Assembly (NCBI GenBank): GCA_963664115.2
Contig: CAXWPJ010000010.1
Span: forward strand, 128,001 to 192,000
Length of the DNA stretch: 64,000 bases
Reading direction: 5' to 3'
From: Terriglobia bacterium
GTDB lineage: Bacteria; Acidobacteriota; Terriglobia; 20CM-2-55-15
Shown: one piece after another, positions 9,299 through 18,809 of the stretch
Numbering within the stretch: position 1 is the stretch's first letter
Layout: each line of letters starts with the position of its first letter
Notes under the pieces: model-generated
What the model was told of the DNA's origin: nothing
The model's database searches: none
The model's input: the letters and a program-made list of their open reading frames with translations, nothing else
Position numbers and translations under genes: made by a program

Positions 9299-11320
9299 AT
9301 GCGGATCAGCCTCACATGGCTTAAAGAGTTCGTTTCCACTCCCGACGATGCATCACGGCTCGGCGAGAAACTCTCGCTCGCCGGCCTCGCCGTAGACGCG
9401 ATCGAGGAGAACGGAGACGACATCATTCTCGATCTGGACATCACCACGAACCGAGGCGATTGCCTCTCCCATCTGGGTGTCGCCCGGGAGGTGGCCACAC
9501 TCTACCGGAAGGAAGTCATCCTGCCTCAGTTCGAAGTTGCCGAGATCGATCGCGCTACTGGCGACGCATTTTCGATCTCGATCACCGATGAGGATCTCTG
9601 CAAGCGCTATTGCGGCCGCTACATCGAGGGTGTCAGGATCGGGAAATCCCCCGACTGGCTTGTGCGGCGCATAGAAGCCCTTGGAATCCGCTCCATCAAC
9701 AATGTCGCCGACATTACAAATTATGTCCTGATGGAGTTGGGCCACCCTCTCCATGCTTTCGACGCAGACACACTGGCGGACAAGCAAATCATCGTACGCC
9801 GGGCCGAATCCGATGAAACACTCACGACGCTGGATGGCGAAAAGAGAGAACTGGACCCGTCTATGCTAGTGATTGCGGACCAAAGACAAGCGGTGGCGCT
9901 GGCGGGAATTATGGGCGGTGAGGAGACCGAAATTTCTGCCTCCACCAACAACGTTCTGCTTGAAAGCGCCTGGTTCGATCCACTCTCGATACGCAAGACC
10001 GCCCGAGCGGTAAACCTCAGCACAGAAGCGTCCTATCGCTTCGAACGAGGGGCCGACATCGAAATGGCCCGCGTCGCTTGCGACCGGGGGGCGCAACTCA
10101 TCGCGGAGATCGCCGGTGGCAGGATTTATGAAGGCGTACTTGATGTTTATCCTTCAGGTAAGACCGCAAAATCCCGAACCAGTCTGCGACGGGCACGGAT
10201 CCGGGAATATCTAGGCATGGAGATTCCGGATATCGAGGTCACGCGTATCTTCACAGGTTTGGGATTCGATGTTGTCGCGGGAACGGATTCCGCGGGCTGG
10301 AGCGTGGACATACCCAGCCACAGGCACGATGTAAGCGGCGAAGAGGACCTGTTAGAGGAGGTGGCGCGTATCTACGGTTACGATCGATTCCCGTCGACTC
10401 TTCCCGCATGGAGCGCCCCGGGAGAGCGATTGCCGTGGCAGGCGGAAGAAACGCGGATACGGGAGCTGTTATCCGGAATGGGATACTCGGAAGCCTGCAG
10501 CATCGCTTTCAGCGACAGGGAGACCGAAGCGCGGTTCGCCCCGGGAGTCGAGCCGGTCACCTTGAGAAATCCGCTTTCCGAAGAAGCTCCGGTTCTTCGA
10601 ACATCTCTGGTTCCCAGCATGCTGCGGTCTCTGCAATGGAACCTGAACCGCGGAGTTCGAAACGTTCTCCTCTACGAAATTGGCAAGGTCTACCCGGCAA
10701 GTGGAGAGTACCGGCAGTTGGTTATCGCCCAAACTGGAGCGGCGCGTCCTGGATCCATTCACCATCCACCGTTCGAGTCCGACTTCTATACGCTGAAGGG
10801 TAATGTCGAAACATTACTCGGCGGTTTTTCGGTGAACACCGATCCGTCGATGAACGACCTGGGGCCCTGCTACCATCGCGGCCGGAGCATGCGAATCGGG
10901 TCTGTTGCGAGGCTGGGTGAGCTCGACCAGAGCGCCCGGGATCTGTTCAAACTGCGCCAGAAGGTGTGCGTTGCAGAGATCGACATCGAAGAACTCTATA
11001 CCGCGGGACTCAGGAACGTTGCAGCCGCCGCGATTCCGAAGTACCCTGCCATACGACACGATCTATCATTGGTACTCGATCGAAAAATGCCTTACTCGGA
11101 CGTGTTGACGGCAATCCGGGCCACGCGAATCCCAGAGCTCGTCACCGTCGATCCGTTCGACAGGCTCGATGCGGGACCGTTTCCGGAGTCGTGTTACAGC
11201 CTGGCCGTAGGGCTTGTATACCAGTCCTCCGAACGCACGCTGACGGATGAGGAAGTACAGGAGTTCGACAGGAAAATCCTTGATCAGCTCGAAGGCATCG
11301 GGGTGAAGCTACGGAGCTGA
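9299..11320 (+). CDS. pheT: Phenylalanyl-tRNA synthetase beta subunit, short form lacking the B2 OB-fold
   Basis: MRISLTWLKEF, DITTNRGDCLS, SINNVADITNYV, EASYRFERG, DLLEEVARIYGY; 673 aa. Confidence 0.97.
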   Translation: MRISLTWLKEFVSTPDDASRLGEKLSLAGLAVDAIEENGDDIILDLDITTNRGDCLSHLGVAREVATLYRKEVILPQFEVAEIDRATGDAFSISITDEDLCKRYCGRYIEGVRIGKSPDWLVRRIEALGIRSINNVADITNYVLMELGHPLHAFDADTLADKQIIVRRAESDETLTTLDGEKRELDPSMLVIADQRQAVALAGIMGGEETEISASTNNVLLESAWFDPLSIRKTARAVNLSTEASYRFERGADIEMARVACDRGAQLIAEIAGGRIYEGVLDVYPSGKTAKSRTSLRRARIREYLGMEIPDIEVTRIFTGLGFDVVAGTDSAGWSVDIPSHRHDVSGEEDLLEEVARIYGYDRFPSTLPAWSAPGERLPWQAEETRIRELLSGMGYSEACSIAFSDRETEARFAPGVEPVTLRNPLSEEAPVLRTSLVPSMLRSLQWNLNRGVRNVLLYEIGKVYPASGEYRQLVIAQTGAARPGSIHHPPFESDFYTLKGNVETLLGGFSVNTDPSMNDLGPCYHRGRSMRIGSVARLGELDQSARDLFKLRQKVCVAEIDIEELYTAGLRNVAAAAIPKYPAIRHDLSLVLDRKMPYSDVLTAIRATRIPELVTVDPFDRLDAGPFPESCYSLAVGLVYQSSERTLTDEEVQEFDRKILDQLEGIGVKLRS

Positions 11321-11327
11321 AACAGTC

Positions 11328-11582
11328 ATGAAATCTGGCCCGACGGAAGCACTGGAAAGATTCAAAGCCCTTGAGGACCGCGTCGGGCTGATTCTGGATG
11401 CGCTCCAGAAGACGCGATTGGAAAAAGGAGCAGCCGAGAGAGAACTCGCAGAGGCGCGTCGACAGATCAAACTGCTCGAAAAGGACGTAGACGGACTGCG
11501 CAAGGAACGAGGCGTGGTCCGCGGCCGCGTCAAAAGCCTGATCGAAAGCATTGCCAAACTGAGAGAGAAGCAAATTGTCTAA
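11328..11582 (+). CDS. Coiled-coil protein, ZapB-like
   Basis: 84-aa heptad-rich protein between pheT and zapA. Confidence 0.7.
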   Translation: MKSGPTEALERFKALEDRVGLILDALQKTRLEKGAAERELAEARRQIKLLEKDVDGLRKERGVVRGRVKSLIESIAKLREKQIV

Positions 11583-11874
11583 GAAGGAAAAACACGACAT
11601 CGTCGAAATCGAAATCTACGATCAACGATACCCCCTGCGTCTCAGCACGCCGGCTAAACGAGAGGAAATCCTGAAGCTGGCCGAGGTGGTCGATCACCGG
11701 ATGAGGGAAATCGCTGAACAGACCGGGACAGTCGACTCTCTCAAGGTGGCCATCCTGACCGCCCTGCACCTGGCCGAAGAAACCCGCCAAATGGACGGCG
11801 GCTCAAAAAAGCTCGAATCGAGCGTCCGCACCGGCGCGAAGAAGTTGATAGCCGCAATCGAAAAAGAGCTGTAA
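11575..11874 (+). CDS. zapA: Cell division protein ZapA
   Basis: VEIEIYDQRYPL, VDHRMREI, KVAILTALHLAEE. Confidence 0.93.
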   Translation: MSKKEKHDIVEIEIYDQRYPLRLSTPAKREEILKLAEVVDHRMREIAEQTGTVDSLKVAILTALHLAEETRQMDGGSKKLESSVRTGAKKLIAAIEKEL

Positions 11875-11899
11875 CTCACTCGGAAATTCCACAAGAAGA

Positions 11900-12076
11900 T
11901 TTTTCACCGCAAAGGCGCAAAGAACGATGGGCTGCCTACGTTCAGCTCATTACGGTTGGTTTGGGTTAGCAAAAAAACCGTGGGGAACCCATACGCGCCG
12001 GTAAGACAAGCTATAGACGACTTCGGCTCTTTGCGCCTTTGCGGTTCAGCTTTCCTGCTTCTCAGATGTATTCCTT
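11900..12076 (+). repeat. MITE/REPIN-like element, copy 2
   Basis: TTTTCACCGCAAAGGCGCAAAG ... CTTTGCGCCTTTGCGGT plus tail TTC..GTATTCC. Confidence 0.85.
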
Positions 12077-12101
12077 TCGGCAACGAATCACACAGTGCCG
12101 T

Positions 12102-12131
12102 TTGACCTGGTTTCAGACATTCACCTACAAT
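12102..12131 (+). promoter_or_regulatory. Sigma70 promoter of the 6S RNA gene
   Basis: TTGACC-18 nt-TACAAT immediately before the RNA. Confidence 0.7.
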
Positions 12132-12135
12132 CGAG

Positions 12136-12315
12136 TGGCCCTGCAAAGTGCGTGCTGGTGCGACATTATTTGACCTATGTCTTATTTGAAGGGGTCCGAT
12201 TCTCGCGTGGTGTGCGGGCCATCCCTACGGGTTGATAGCTCCCTAAAGCGCGGATAGGACACCCACCCTGTTTCGACAGACTCAAATAAGGGTGCCACAC
12301 GGCCAAGCGGGGTTT
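12136..12315 (+). ncRNA. ssrS: 6S RNA
   Basis: Canonical position after zapA; about 180 nt; rod-like pairing (CCCTGC..GCGGGG, TTATTTGA/TCAAATAA, GTCC/GGAC) and CACCCACC motif; own promoter; U-tract after it. Confidence 0.85.
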
Positions 12316-12324
12316 TTTGCTTTC

Positions 12325-13100
12325 ATGAACATTCTTTTCATAGGCGACATCGTCGCCCGTGCCGGGCGCGAGGTGCTCCGCGAGCACCTGAAATCAATCC
12401 AGGAAGAGTATGCAATCGACTTCACAATCTCGAACTGCGAAAACGCAGCAGCCGGCTTTGGCGTGACGCCGACAATTGCGGATGAACTACTCTGCTGGGG
12501 CGTGGATGTTCTGACTTCGGGAAACCACATCTGGGACAAAAAGGAAATCCTGCCCTATCTGGATACAGAGCCTCGGCTCATTCGTCCAGCCAACTATCCA
12601 CCAACAAATCCCGGTCAAGGTAGAGTCGTCGTCAACACCGCAGGAGGAGAATCCGTCGCCGCAATCAACATCCAGGGTCTGTCATTCATGCCGCCTATTG
12701 ACGACCCATTTCGGGCAATTGACCGGGAGTTGGCACAGATACCGGATCATACCCGTGTTGTGGTGGTGGACATCCACGCCGAAGCCACTGCCGAGAAAGT
12801 CGCCATGGGTTGGTATCTGGACGGAAGAGTGTCCGCTGTTCTGGGAAGCCACACCCATATCCCGACCGCAGATGAGAGAGTATTGCCCGAAGGCACGGCC
12901 TATCAAACCGACGTGGGTATGACCGGCCCCTTCGATTCCGTCATCGGCATGAGCCGCGAATCCGTGATGGAGCGATTTCATAAAAAGATCCCGGTACGGT
13001 TTGAGCCCGCTACCGACGATGCCCAGGTAAACGTGTCGTGATCGATGTAGATTCGGAAACAGGCAAAGCCCGCTCGATCCAGAGAGTACGGCGGGGATAG
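12325..13100 (+). CDS. ymdB: YmdB/TIGR00282 metallophosphoesterase with a 1-nt frameshift near 13033
   Basis: MNILFIGDIV, NCENAAAG, TSGNHIWD, DIHAEATAEK, GSHTHIPTAD. The annotated frame stops at 13041, but the expected C-terminus VVIDVDSETGKARSIQRVRRG* follows in another frame. Confidence 0.9.
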
Positions 13101-13121
13101 TAGCGTAAAATAAGAAATGTA

Positions 13122-13315
13122 TTTTTCACCGCAAAGGCGCAAAGAGAGATGGGCTGAGTACGTGCGACTCACCACGGTTGGTTTGGGTCAACAATAATGT
13201 CATTGGGAACCACCCCGGTCCGTTAAGGCGAATTCTGTACGACCTCGTACCTTTGCGCCTTTGCGGTTAGTTCTTCTTCCCCAGGGTATTCCTCCATTCC
13301 TCTGCGCCTCTGCGG
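13122..13315 (+). repeat. MITE/REPIN-like element, copy 3
   Basis: Same TIRs; interior GATGGGCTG..ACGGTTGGTTTGGGT..GGGAACC shared with copy 2. Confidence 0.85.
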
Positions 13316-13328
13316 ATCGTTCTGATCT

Positions 13329-14696
13329 ATGTTTGAAAATCTCTCAGACAGACTGCAGCAGGTTTTTAAGAACCTTCGTGGCGAAGGAAAGCTGTCCGCA
13401 GAACATATCGAGGAAGCTCTCAAAGAGATCCGGATGGCTCTGCTTGAGGCGGATGTCAATTTCAAAGTCGTGCGGCAGTTCACCGACCGCGTCAAGGCAA
13501 AGGCGCTGGGGCAAGAAGTGCTTGGGAGCCTCAGTCCAGGGCAACAGGTCGTCAAAGTTGTCCGCGACGAGATGGTTCAGATTCTGGGTGGTGAGACCGC
13601 GCGCATCAAGTTCGCGTCCCAGCCTCCGACTGTCATTCTGATGGTCGGTCTCCAGGGATCGGGCAAGACGACGTCGAGCGGAAAACTCGCCCGGTGGCTC
13701 CAGAAACAGGGGCATCGTCCAATGTTGGTGTCGGTGGACGTCTACCGCCCCGCCGCGCGCGAGCAACTGCGAGTCATAGCCGCTGAGGTCGAAGCCCCGG
13801 TCTGGGAAGGGGAGCCGGGTGATGCTCCGCTTGAGCTCTCCAGGCGAGCTCTTCAGGAAGCCAGAGACAGCGCTCACGACGTCCTGATCATCGACACGGC
13901 CGGCAGGCTCCACACAGACGACGCACAGATGGCGGAACTCAAGGAAATCAAAGACACCCTGAACCCCCAGGAAATCCTGTTCGTCGCCGACGCGATGCTT
14001 GGACAGGATGCGGTCCGGAGCGCAGAGCAGTTTCACACTCAGCTGGACTTCACCGGCTTCATCTTGACGAAACTGGACGGTGACGCCCGCGGCGGCGCGG
14101 CCCTGTCGATTCACTCGGTCACCGGCAAGCCGATCAAGTTCGTGGGGAACGGTGAAAAATATGAAGCCCTGGAACAGTTCCATCCCGACCGGCTCGTGTC
14201 ACGGATCCTGGGGATGGGCGACATTCTGTCGTTAATCGAAAAGGCCGAAGAGACGATCGACCACGAAAAGGCCCTCGAACTCCAAAAAAAGATTCTTAAA
14301 AGCACGTTCACGCTGGAGGATTTCCGAGACCAGCTGCAGCAGATCCGGAAAATGGGTTCCCTGGAGCAGATCCTCGGTATGCTCCCCAATATCGGACCGT
14401 TCAAAGATATCGGCAAGGTCCAGGTCGACGAGAAAGAGCTGGGTCGAACCGAAGCCATCATCAACTCGATGACGCCCAAGGAACGCCGTAACCACCAGAT
14501 AATAAACGGAAGCCGTCGCAAGAGGATCGCCAAAGGCAGCGGGACCTCGGTCCAGCAGGTCAACCAGATGCTGAAGCAATACATCCAGACCCTCAAGATG
14601 ATGAAGGGCCTGACGGGCGGCGGGGCCAAGAAGGGTAAAAAGGGGAAAAGAGGCAGACGCGTGAAAGGTTTTCGCTTGCCACAGATGCCGATGTAG
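13329..14696 (+). CDS. ffh: Signal recognition particle protein
   Basis: MFENLSDRL, GLQGSGKTT, DTAGRL, TKLDGDARGGAALS, M domain. Confidence 0.98.
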   Translation: MFENLSDRLQQVFKNLRGEGKLSAEHIEEALKEIRMALLEADVNFKVVRQFTDRVKAKALGQEVLGSLSPGQQVVKVVRDEMVQILGGETARIKFASQPPTVILMVGLQGSGKTTSSGKLARWLQKQGHRPMLVSVDVYRPAAREQLRVIAAEVEAPVWEGEPGDAPLELSRRALQEARDSAHDVLIIDTAGRLHTDDAQMAELKEIKDTLNPQEILFVADAMLGQDAVRSAEQFHTQLDFTGFILTKLDGDARGGAALSIHSVTGKPIKFVGNGEKYEALEQFHPDRLVSRILGMGDILSLIEKAEETIDHEKALELQKKILKSTFTLEDFRDQLQQIRKMGSLEQILGMLPNIGPFKDIGKVQVDEKELGRTEAIINSMTPKERRNHQIINGSRRKRIAKGSGTSVQQVNQMLKQYIQTLKMMKGLTGGGAKKGKKGKRGRRVKGFRLPQMPM

Positions 14697-14721
14697 TTGT
14701 CCACCGCCAATGAATTCGTTA

Positions 14722-14751
14722 TTGACGTAGTTTTCGCTGAAAAACTATAAT
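14722..14751 (+). promoter_or_regulatory. Sigma70 promoter of the rpsP operon
   Basis: TTGACG-18 nt-TATAAT. Confidence 0.75.
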
Positions 14752-14849
14752 TTCAGGTAATTTAGTAGGGACCCCCCAAGTCGCCTCGACTGCGGTCGAT
14801 GGTGAAGCGGTGTCTTCTGTAGTGTTCACCGACATAGGAGGTTGATGAT

Positions 14850-15089
14850 TTGGTAGCGATGCGTCTGACCCGGATTGGTTCGAAGAAGCGCCCTTATTAC
14901 AGAATCGTGGTTATTGAAAAGAAACGGGCGCAGAACGGCCGCTTTCTGGAGATTCTGGGCCAGTACAACCCCCTGACTAACCCGGCACATGTTGAGGTCA
15001 ACGAGGACCGGGCGCGCTACTGGCTCTCCAAAGGGGCACAGCCTTCTGACACGGTACGCAGCATTCTGCACAAGAGAGAAATCGTCTAG
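14850..15089 (+). CDS. rpsP: 30S ribosomal protein S16
   Basis: MRLTRIGSKKRPYYRIVV, WLSKGAQPSDTV; SD AGGAGG. Confidence 0.97.
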   Translation: MVAMRLTRIGSKKRPYYRIVVIEKKRAQNGRFLEILGQYNPLTNPAHVEVNEDRARYWLSKGAQPSDTVRSILHKREIV

Positions 15090-15173
15090 CGCCGGGTAGG
15101 CCCTCGGGAAGTCCTCGCCGAATTTCGGTCGCTGACTCGAACACGTGCACTTGATGTCGTAGCTGGAGGTGGC

Positions 15174-15404
15174 ATGAAAGAGCTCGTTGAACAGATCGCA
15201 AAGGCGCTGGTGGACAGTCCCGATGAAGTCGCTGTTAACGCGATCGAAGGAGAACAGACAACTGTTCTTGAGTTACGCGTGGCTCCGAGTGACCTCGGAA
15301 AGGTGATCGGCAAACAAGGTCGGACGGCGCGATCCATTCGAACCATTCTCAGCGCGGCCGGAATGAAGCTGAAGAAGCGGTTCACGCTGGAAATCCTGGA
15401 GTAA
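15174..15404 (+). CDS. khpA: KH-domain RNA-binding protein
   Basis: [17 protein letters not shown]; located between rpsP and rimM. Confidence 0.95.
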   Translation: MKELVEQIAKALVDSPDEVAVNAIEGEQTTVLELRVAPSDLGKVIGKQGRTARSIRTILSAAGMKLKKRFTLEILE

Positions 15405-15408
15405 ACCC

Positions 15409-15999
15409 ATCAGCCGCCACCAGGAAACTCTCGTTCCCATCGCCAGCATCACACGAACCCAGGGCCTCGACGGCATGGTCAGGGTGCGTATTGAGTTCGA
15501 TGATTCCCGGTTGTTTGAGGCGGGCCGGGCTGTGATCTTGACTCTGGAAGGCAAAAGCGGACAACGAGTCGAAACGGAAATTGAGAAGTTCAGATTTCAG
15601 CATGGGCGTTGGGTCGCCAAGCTGAAAAACATCGATTCGATCTCTGAAGCCGAGAGATGGATTGGGGGACGAATCTGGATTCCCAAGAAAGATTGGCCCG
15701 AAGCAGAGGAAGGCTCCTTTTACAGTTATGACTTGGAAGGCTGCGCGGTCTACCGAGAAGGTGAGGACATCGGAACAGTTGTGGAGGTTCTCGACTACGG
15801 GAGCACGACACTGCTACGGCTGGACCGGGAAGGCGAAGAGATACTAATCCCCTTCGCGCGCTCGTTTCTGAAAAAAATCGATACCCGGGCCGAGCGGATC
15901 GACGTGGAGTTGCCCGAGGGTTTGCTTGAGGTGAATAGGAAGTTGGGAGCGACGAATAAGAAAGAAGAAAAGACCCTCAACACGAAGACACGAATATAA
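15409..15999 (+). CDS. rimM: 16S rRNA processing protein RimM; probable start at ATC 15409, first ATG at 15475
   Basis: In-frame upstream ETLVPIASITRTQGLDGMVRV, then FYSYDLEGC and LIPF..SFLKKID; operon position. Confidence 0.9.
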   Translation: MSRHQETLVPIASITRTQGLDGMVRVRIEFDDSRLFEAGRAVILTLEGKSGQRVETEIEKFRFQHGRWVAKLKNIDSISEAERWIGGRIWIPKKDWPEAEEGSFYSYDLEGCAVYREGEDIGTVVEVLDYGSTTLLRLDREGEEILIPFARSFLKKIDTRAERIDVELPEGLLEVNRKLGATNKKEEKTLNTKTRI

Positions 16000-16058
16000 C
16001 GAAGTTAAGAGATATATAGGAATCCGATCCCTTCGTTTCACTCCGTTTCCTTCGTGTT
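15979..16058. repeat. AACACGAAG-type palindromic repeat element
   Basis: AACACGAAGACACGAA...CTTCGTTTC...CTTCGTGTT; sister copy at 24559. Confidence 0.7.
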
Positions 16059-16086
16059 AAAAATGACAAAGGTACGATGAACGGAT

Positions 16087-16851
16087 ATGCCAGTACTTGA
16101 ATTTGACGTTATCACGATTTTCCCGGGCTTCTTCGAGGGCCCCCTCAATCACGGGATCATCCGGCGAGCTCGCGAGCGGGACTTAATCGATACGCGGGTG
16201 CATGATTTGAGGGCGTACACGAAAGACCGCCACCACACGGTCGACGATAGACCTTTCGGTGGTGGTGAAGGTATGGTGCTGAAGCCGGAACCGATATTTG
16301 ACGCAGTCGAAGCTCTTCCGAACACGGGAGAGTCGACTGAGATTGTTGTACTGAGTGCCTCGGGCCGTCCTTTTTCACAGGCCGAAGCGCTCCGCTTGTC
16401 GCACGCGGATCAGATCGTCCTTATTTGCGGGCGCTACGAAGGAATCGATGAACGCGTTGCCCAACACCTGGCAACAACGGAGATATCGATCGGAGACTAC
16501 ATCGTTTCCGGAGGAGAAGTCGCCGCAGCCGTGGTTATCGACGCCGTGACCCGTTACGTACCCGGCGCTGTGGGGAAGGAAGAATCCATCTTGAAAGATT
16601 CCTTCTCAGATCCTGAATCGATAGCCAAACAGGTGGAGCATCCTCACTACACGCGGCCGGCGGAGTTTCGGGGTTTGCGCGTACCCGATGTTTTGTTGTC
16701 GGGAGATCACGCGGCTATTTCCAGCTGGCGGCGAAGGGAATCCCTGAGTAAGACCCTGAAGAACAGACCCGACCTGACGGATATGAGCCTTCTGAAGGAT
16801 TCAGATATCCAGGCGCCGGAGCGAAAAGAGGAAATCAGTAACCACGCTTGA
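16087..16851 (+). CDS. trmD: tRNA (guanine-N1)-methyltransferase
   Basis: [40 protein letters not shown]. Confidence 0.98.
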   Translation: MPVLEFDVITIFPGFFEGPLNHGIIRRARERDLIDTRVHDLRAYTKDRHHTVDDRPFGGGEGMVLKPEPIFDAVEALPNTGESTEIVVLSASGRPFSQAEALRLSHADQIVLICGRYEGIDERVAQHLATTEISIGDYIVSGGEVAAAVVIDAVTRYVPGAVGKEESILKDSFSDPESIAKQVEHPHYTRPAEFRGLRVPDVLLSGDHAAISSWRRRESLSKTLKNRPDLTDMSLLKDSDIQAPERKEEISNHA

Positions 16852-16906
16852 GTTGAGGAACGAGGAAATCGGCAACCGCACTCCGGTTGCCGAACAGAGA
16901 GGCATT

Positions 16907-17251
16907 ATGAACATCATAAATTATTTGGAAGAACAGCAGCTTCGGGACGACATTCCCGAGTTCAAGCCCGGCGACACGTTAAAGGTTCACGTCCGCATCC
17001 GGGAAGGTGAAAAGGAACGCATCCAGATATTTGAAGGCGTGTGTATCGCACAGAAGCACGGCGGGATTCGGGAGACATTCACGGTTCGAAAGATCTCGTT
17101 CGGACAAGGAGTGGAAAGGGTGTTTCCGATTCACTCGAAAACGATCGACAAGATCGAAGTGCTTCGGCGTGGCCGAGTCCGACGCGCAAAGCTCTATTAC
17201 ATCAGGGAACTACGCGGCAAGGCAGCCCGAATCAAGGAACTCAGGAAATAG
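16907..17251 (+). CDS. rplS: 50S ribosomal protein L19
   Basis: [34 protein letters not shown]; SD GAGAGG before ATG 16907. Confidence 0.98.
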   Translation: MNIINYLEEQQLRDDIPEFKPGDTLKVHVRIREGEKERIQIFEGVCIAQKHGGIRETFTVRKISFGQGVERVFPIHSKTIDKIEVLRRGRVRRAKLYYIRELRGKAARIKELRK

Positions 17252-17282
17252 CCCTGGCCTCGAACGCACGTAACTGAACATC

Positions 17283-17531
17283 ATGAGTCGAGTGTTCGGC
17301 GTCGGGACTATCCTCTTTAGTTTTGAGATTGGACTCTTTCTGATCTACGTTCCCTGGTCCACACTCTGGGAAAACAACCTCCTCTTCTTATATGCTCCGG
17401 CGATTCGGCCCCTCCTACTCAGCACTTTCTTCCGTAGCGGGGTGACAGCGCTGGGAGGATTGAACTGCCTGATCGGCGTGTCTGAAGTCCGTCGGTTTTA
17501 CGCTTCGAAATCCCCGAACTCCCGAGAATGA
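17283..17531 (+). CDS. Small membrane protein, hypothetical
   Basis: Two hydrophobic segments (FEIGLFLIYVPWS..W, RSGVTALGGLN); overlaps the next gene start. Confidence 0.7.
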   Translation: MSRVFGVGTILFSFEIGLFLIYVPWSTLWENNLLFLYAPAIRPLLLSTFFRSGVTALGGLNCLIGVSEVRRFYASKSPNSRE

Positions 17532-18058
17532 TCCGTTACTACGTGACAGACCGGAAGTCTGCCGACGTCATCGCGGCGGCCGAACGCGCGGCAGCCGACG
17601 GCGTCGACATGATACAGGTACGTGAAAAGGATTTGGAGTCCGCCGCCCTCTGCGACCTGGTCCGGGCCGTTCTGGAATCCGTAAAAGGAAGTGGAGCGAA
17701 GGTTCTCGTTAACGACCGCCTGGATGTGGCTCTCGCAGCGGGCGCCCACGGCGTGCATCTTCCCGCAAACGGCCTCCCCGTCTCTGAGGTCCGACCTTTC
17801 ATTGACCTCGTTGGCATATCAACGCATACCATCGAGGAGGTGCGGAACGCTGAGGCCGATGGCGCCAGCTTTGCACTATTCGGCCCTGTTTTCAGCACGC
17901 CAGGCAAGACACCTGTAGGGTTAGATCGACTCCGGGAAGCTACGCGAGCGGCTAAGAAAATGCCTGTCCTTGCGATAGGCGGCATCACACCGAAGAACAC
18001 TGCAGAGGTGATCAAAGCGGGCGCGGCAGGGATCGCCGGAATCCGTTTATTTCAGTGA
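17528..18058 (+). CDS. thiE: Thiamine-phosphate synthase / TenI family protein
   Basis: IQVREKDL, VNDRLDVA, GVHLP, GISTH, FGPVFST, AIGGI. Confidence 0.85.
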   Translation: MIRYYVTDRKSADVIAAAERAAADGVDMIQVREKDLESAALCDLVRAVLESVKGSGAKVLVNDRLDVALAAGAHGVHLPANGLPVSEVRPFIDLVGISTHTIEEVRNAEADGASFALFGPVFSTPGKTPVGLDRLREATRAAKKMPVLAIGGITPKNTAEVIKAGAAGIAGIRLFQ

Positions 18059-18113
18059 AGCGGATCGTGTTGATCGAGGCCGCAGTTTGTCTGACTTAGG
18101 GTACGCCATCCCC

Positions 18114-18142
18114 TTGACATGTGTCCCACATGCAACCATCAT
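18114..18142 (+). promoter_or_regulatory. vapBC promoter with overlapping inverted-repeat operator
   Basis: TTGACA at 18114; palindrome CATGTG-TCC-CACATG at 18118-18132; candidate -10 CATCAT. Confidence 0.55.
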
Positions 18143-18157
18143 ATCCACACGGCCAAA

Positions 18158-18379
18158 ATGATTCAGCTCAGGCATGTTCCGGACATGCTTCATCGAAAAC
18201 TGAAAGCCCGGGCCGCAATGGAAGGGCTTTCACTCTCCGAATACCTTCTCCAGGAAGTCACGCAGATCGCGGAGCGTCCAACGGTCAATGACCTCCGCCG
18301 GCGTTTGGAAAGTCGGGAGTCTGTCCGGACGCGCGTCTCTCCCATCAGGGCCGTGCGGGCCGAGCGCGAACGCCGGTGA
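18158..18379 (+). CDS. vapB: Antitoxin, FitA/VapB-like ribbon-helix-helix
   Basis: MIQLRHVPDMLHRKLKARAAMEGLSLSEYLL; GTGA overlap with the PIN toxin gene. Confidence 0.88.
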   Translation: MIQLRHVPDMLHRKLKARAAMEGLSLSEYLLQEVTQIAERPTVNDLRRRLESRESVRTRVSPIRAVRAERERR

Positions 18380-18771
18380 TCGTCGTCGATGCCTCCGCTC
18401 TTCTCGAAGTCCTCCTCCAAACACCAGCGTCGGAAAAAGTATGCGAGAGGTTATGGGGCCAGAACGAATCACTCCACGCCCCTCATTTGCTGGATCTCGA
18501 GGTGACACAGGTCTTACGCCGCTATACGCTCTCGGGAGAGATGGATGCCAACCGGGGCGGTCAAGCGTTGGAGGATTTCGCCGACCTGAACCTGAATCGT
18601 TACCCTCATGACGTATTTCTCCCAAGGATCTGGTCGCTACGGCAAAACCTGACAGCCTACGATGCAGCCTACATCGCGCTGGCCGAAGCACTCGAAGCGC
18701 CCCTCATTACGAGAGACGCTGCGCTCGAGGGAGCTTCGGGACACGTGGCTCACGTCGAACTCATTCTCTAG
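18376..18771 (+). CDS. vapC: PIN-domain toxin
   Basis: MIVVDASA, APHLLDLEV, NLTAYDAAYIALAEAL..PLITRD. Confidence 0.93.
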   Translation: MIVVDASALLEVLLQTPASEKVCERLWGQNESLHAPHLLDLEVTQVLRRYTLSGEMDANRGGQALEDFADLNLNRYPHDVFLPRIWSLRQNLTAYDAAYIALAEALEAPLITRDAALEGASGHVAHVELIL

Positions 18772-18809
18772 CGGGTGGTACTCCTCACCGCTTTTAAACG
18801 GCAAACAAT

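Noticed and set aside
9299-11320. Short pheT as a truncation or novelty
   Set aside because: In-frame absence of the B2 domain is a known variant and the remaining domains are intact
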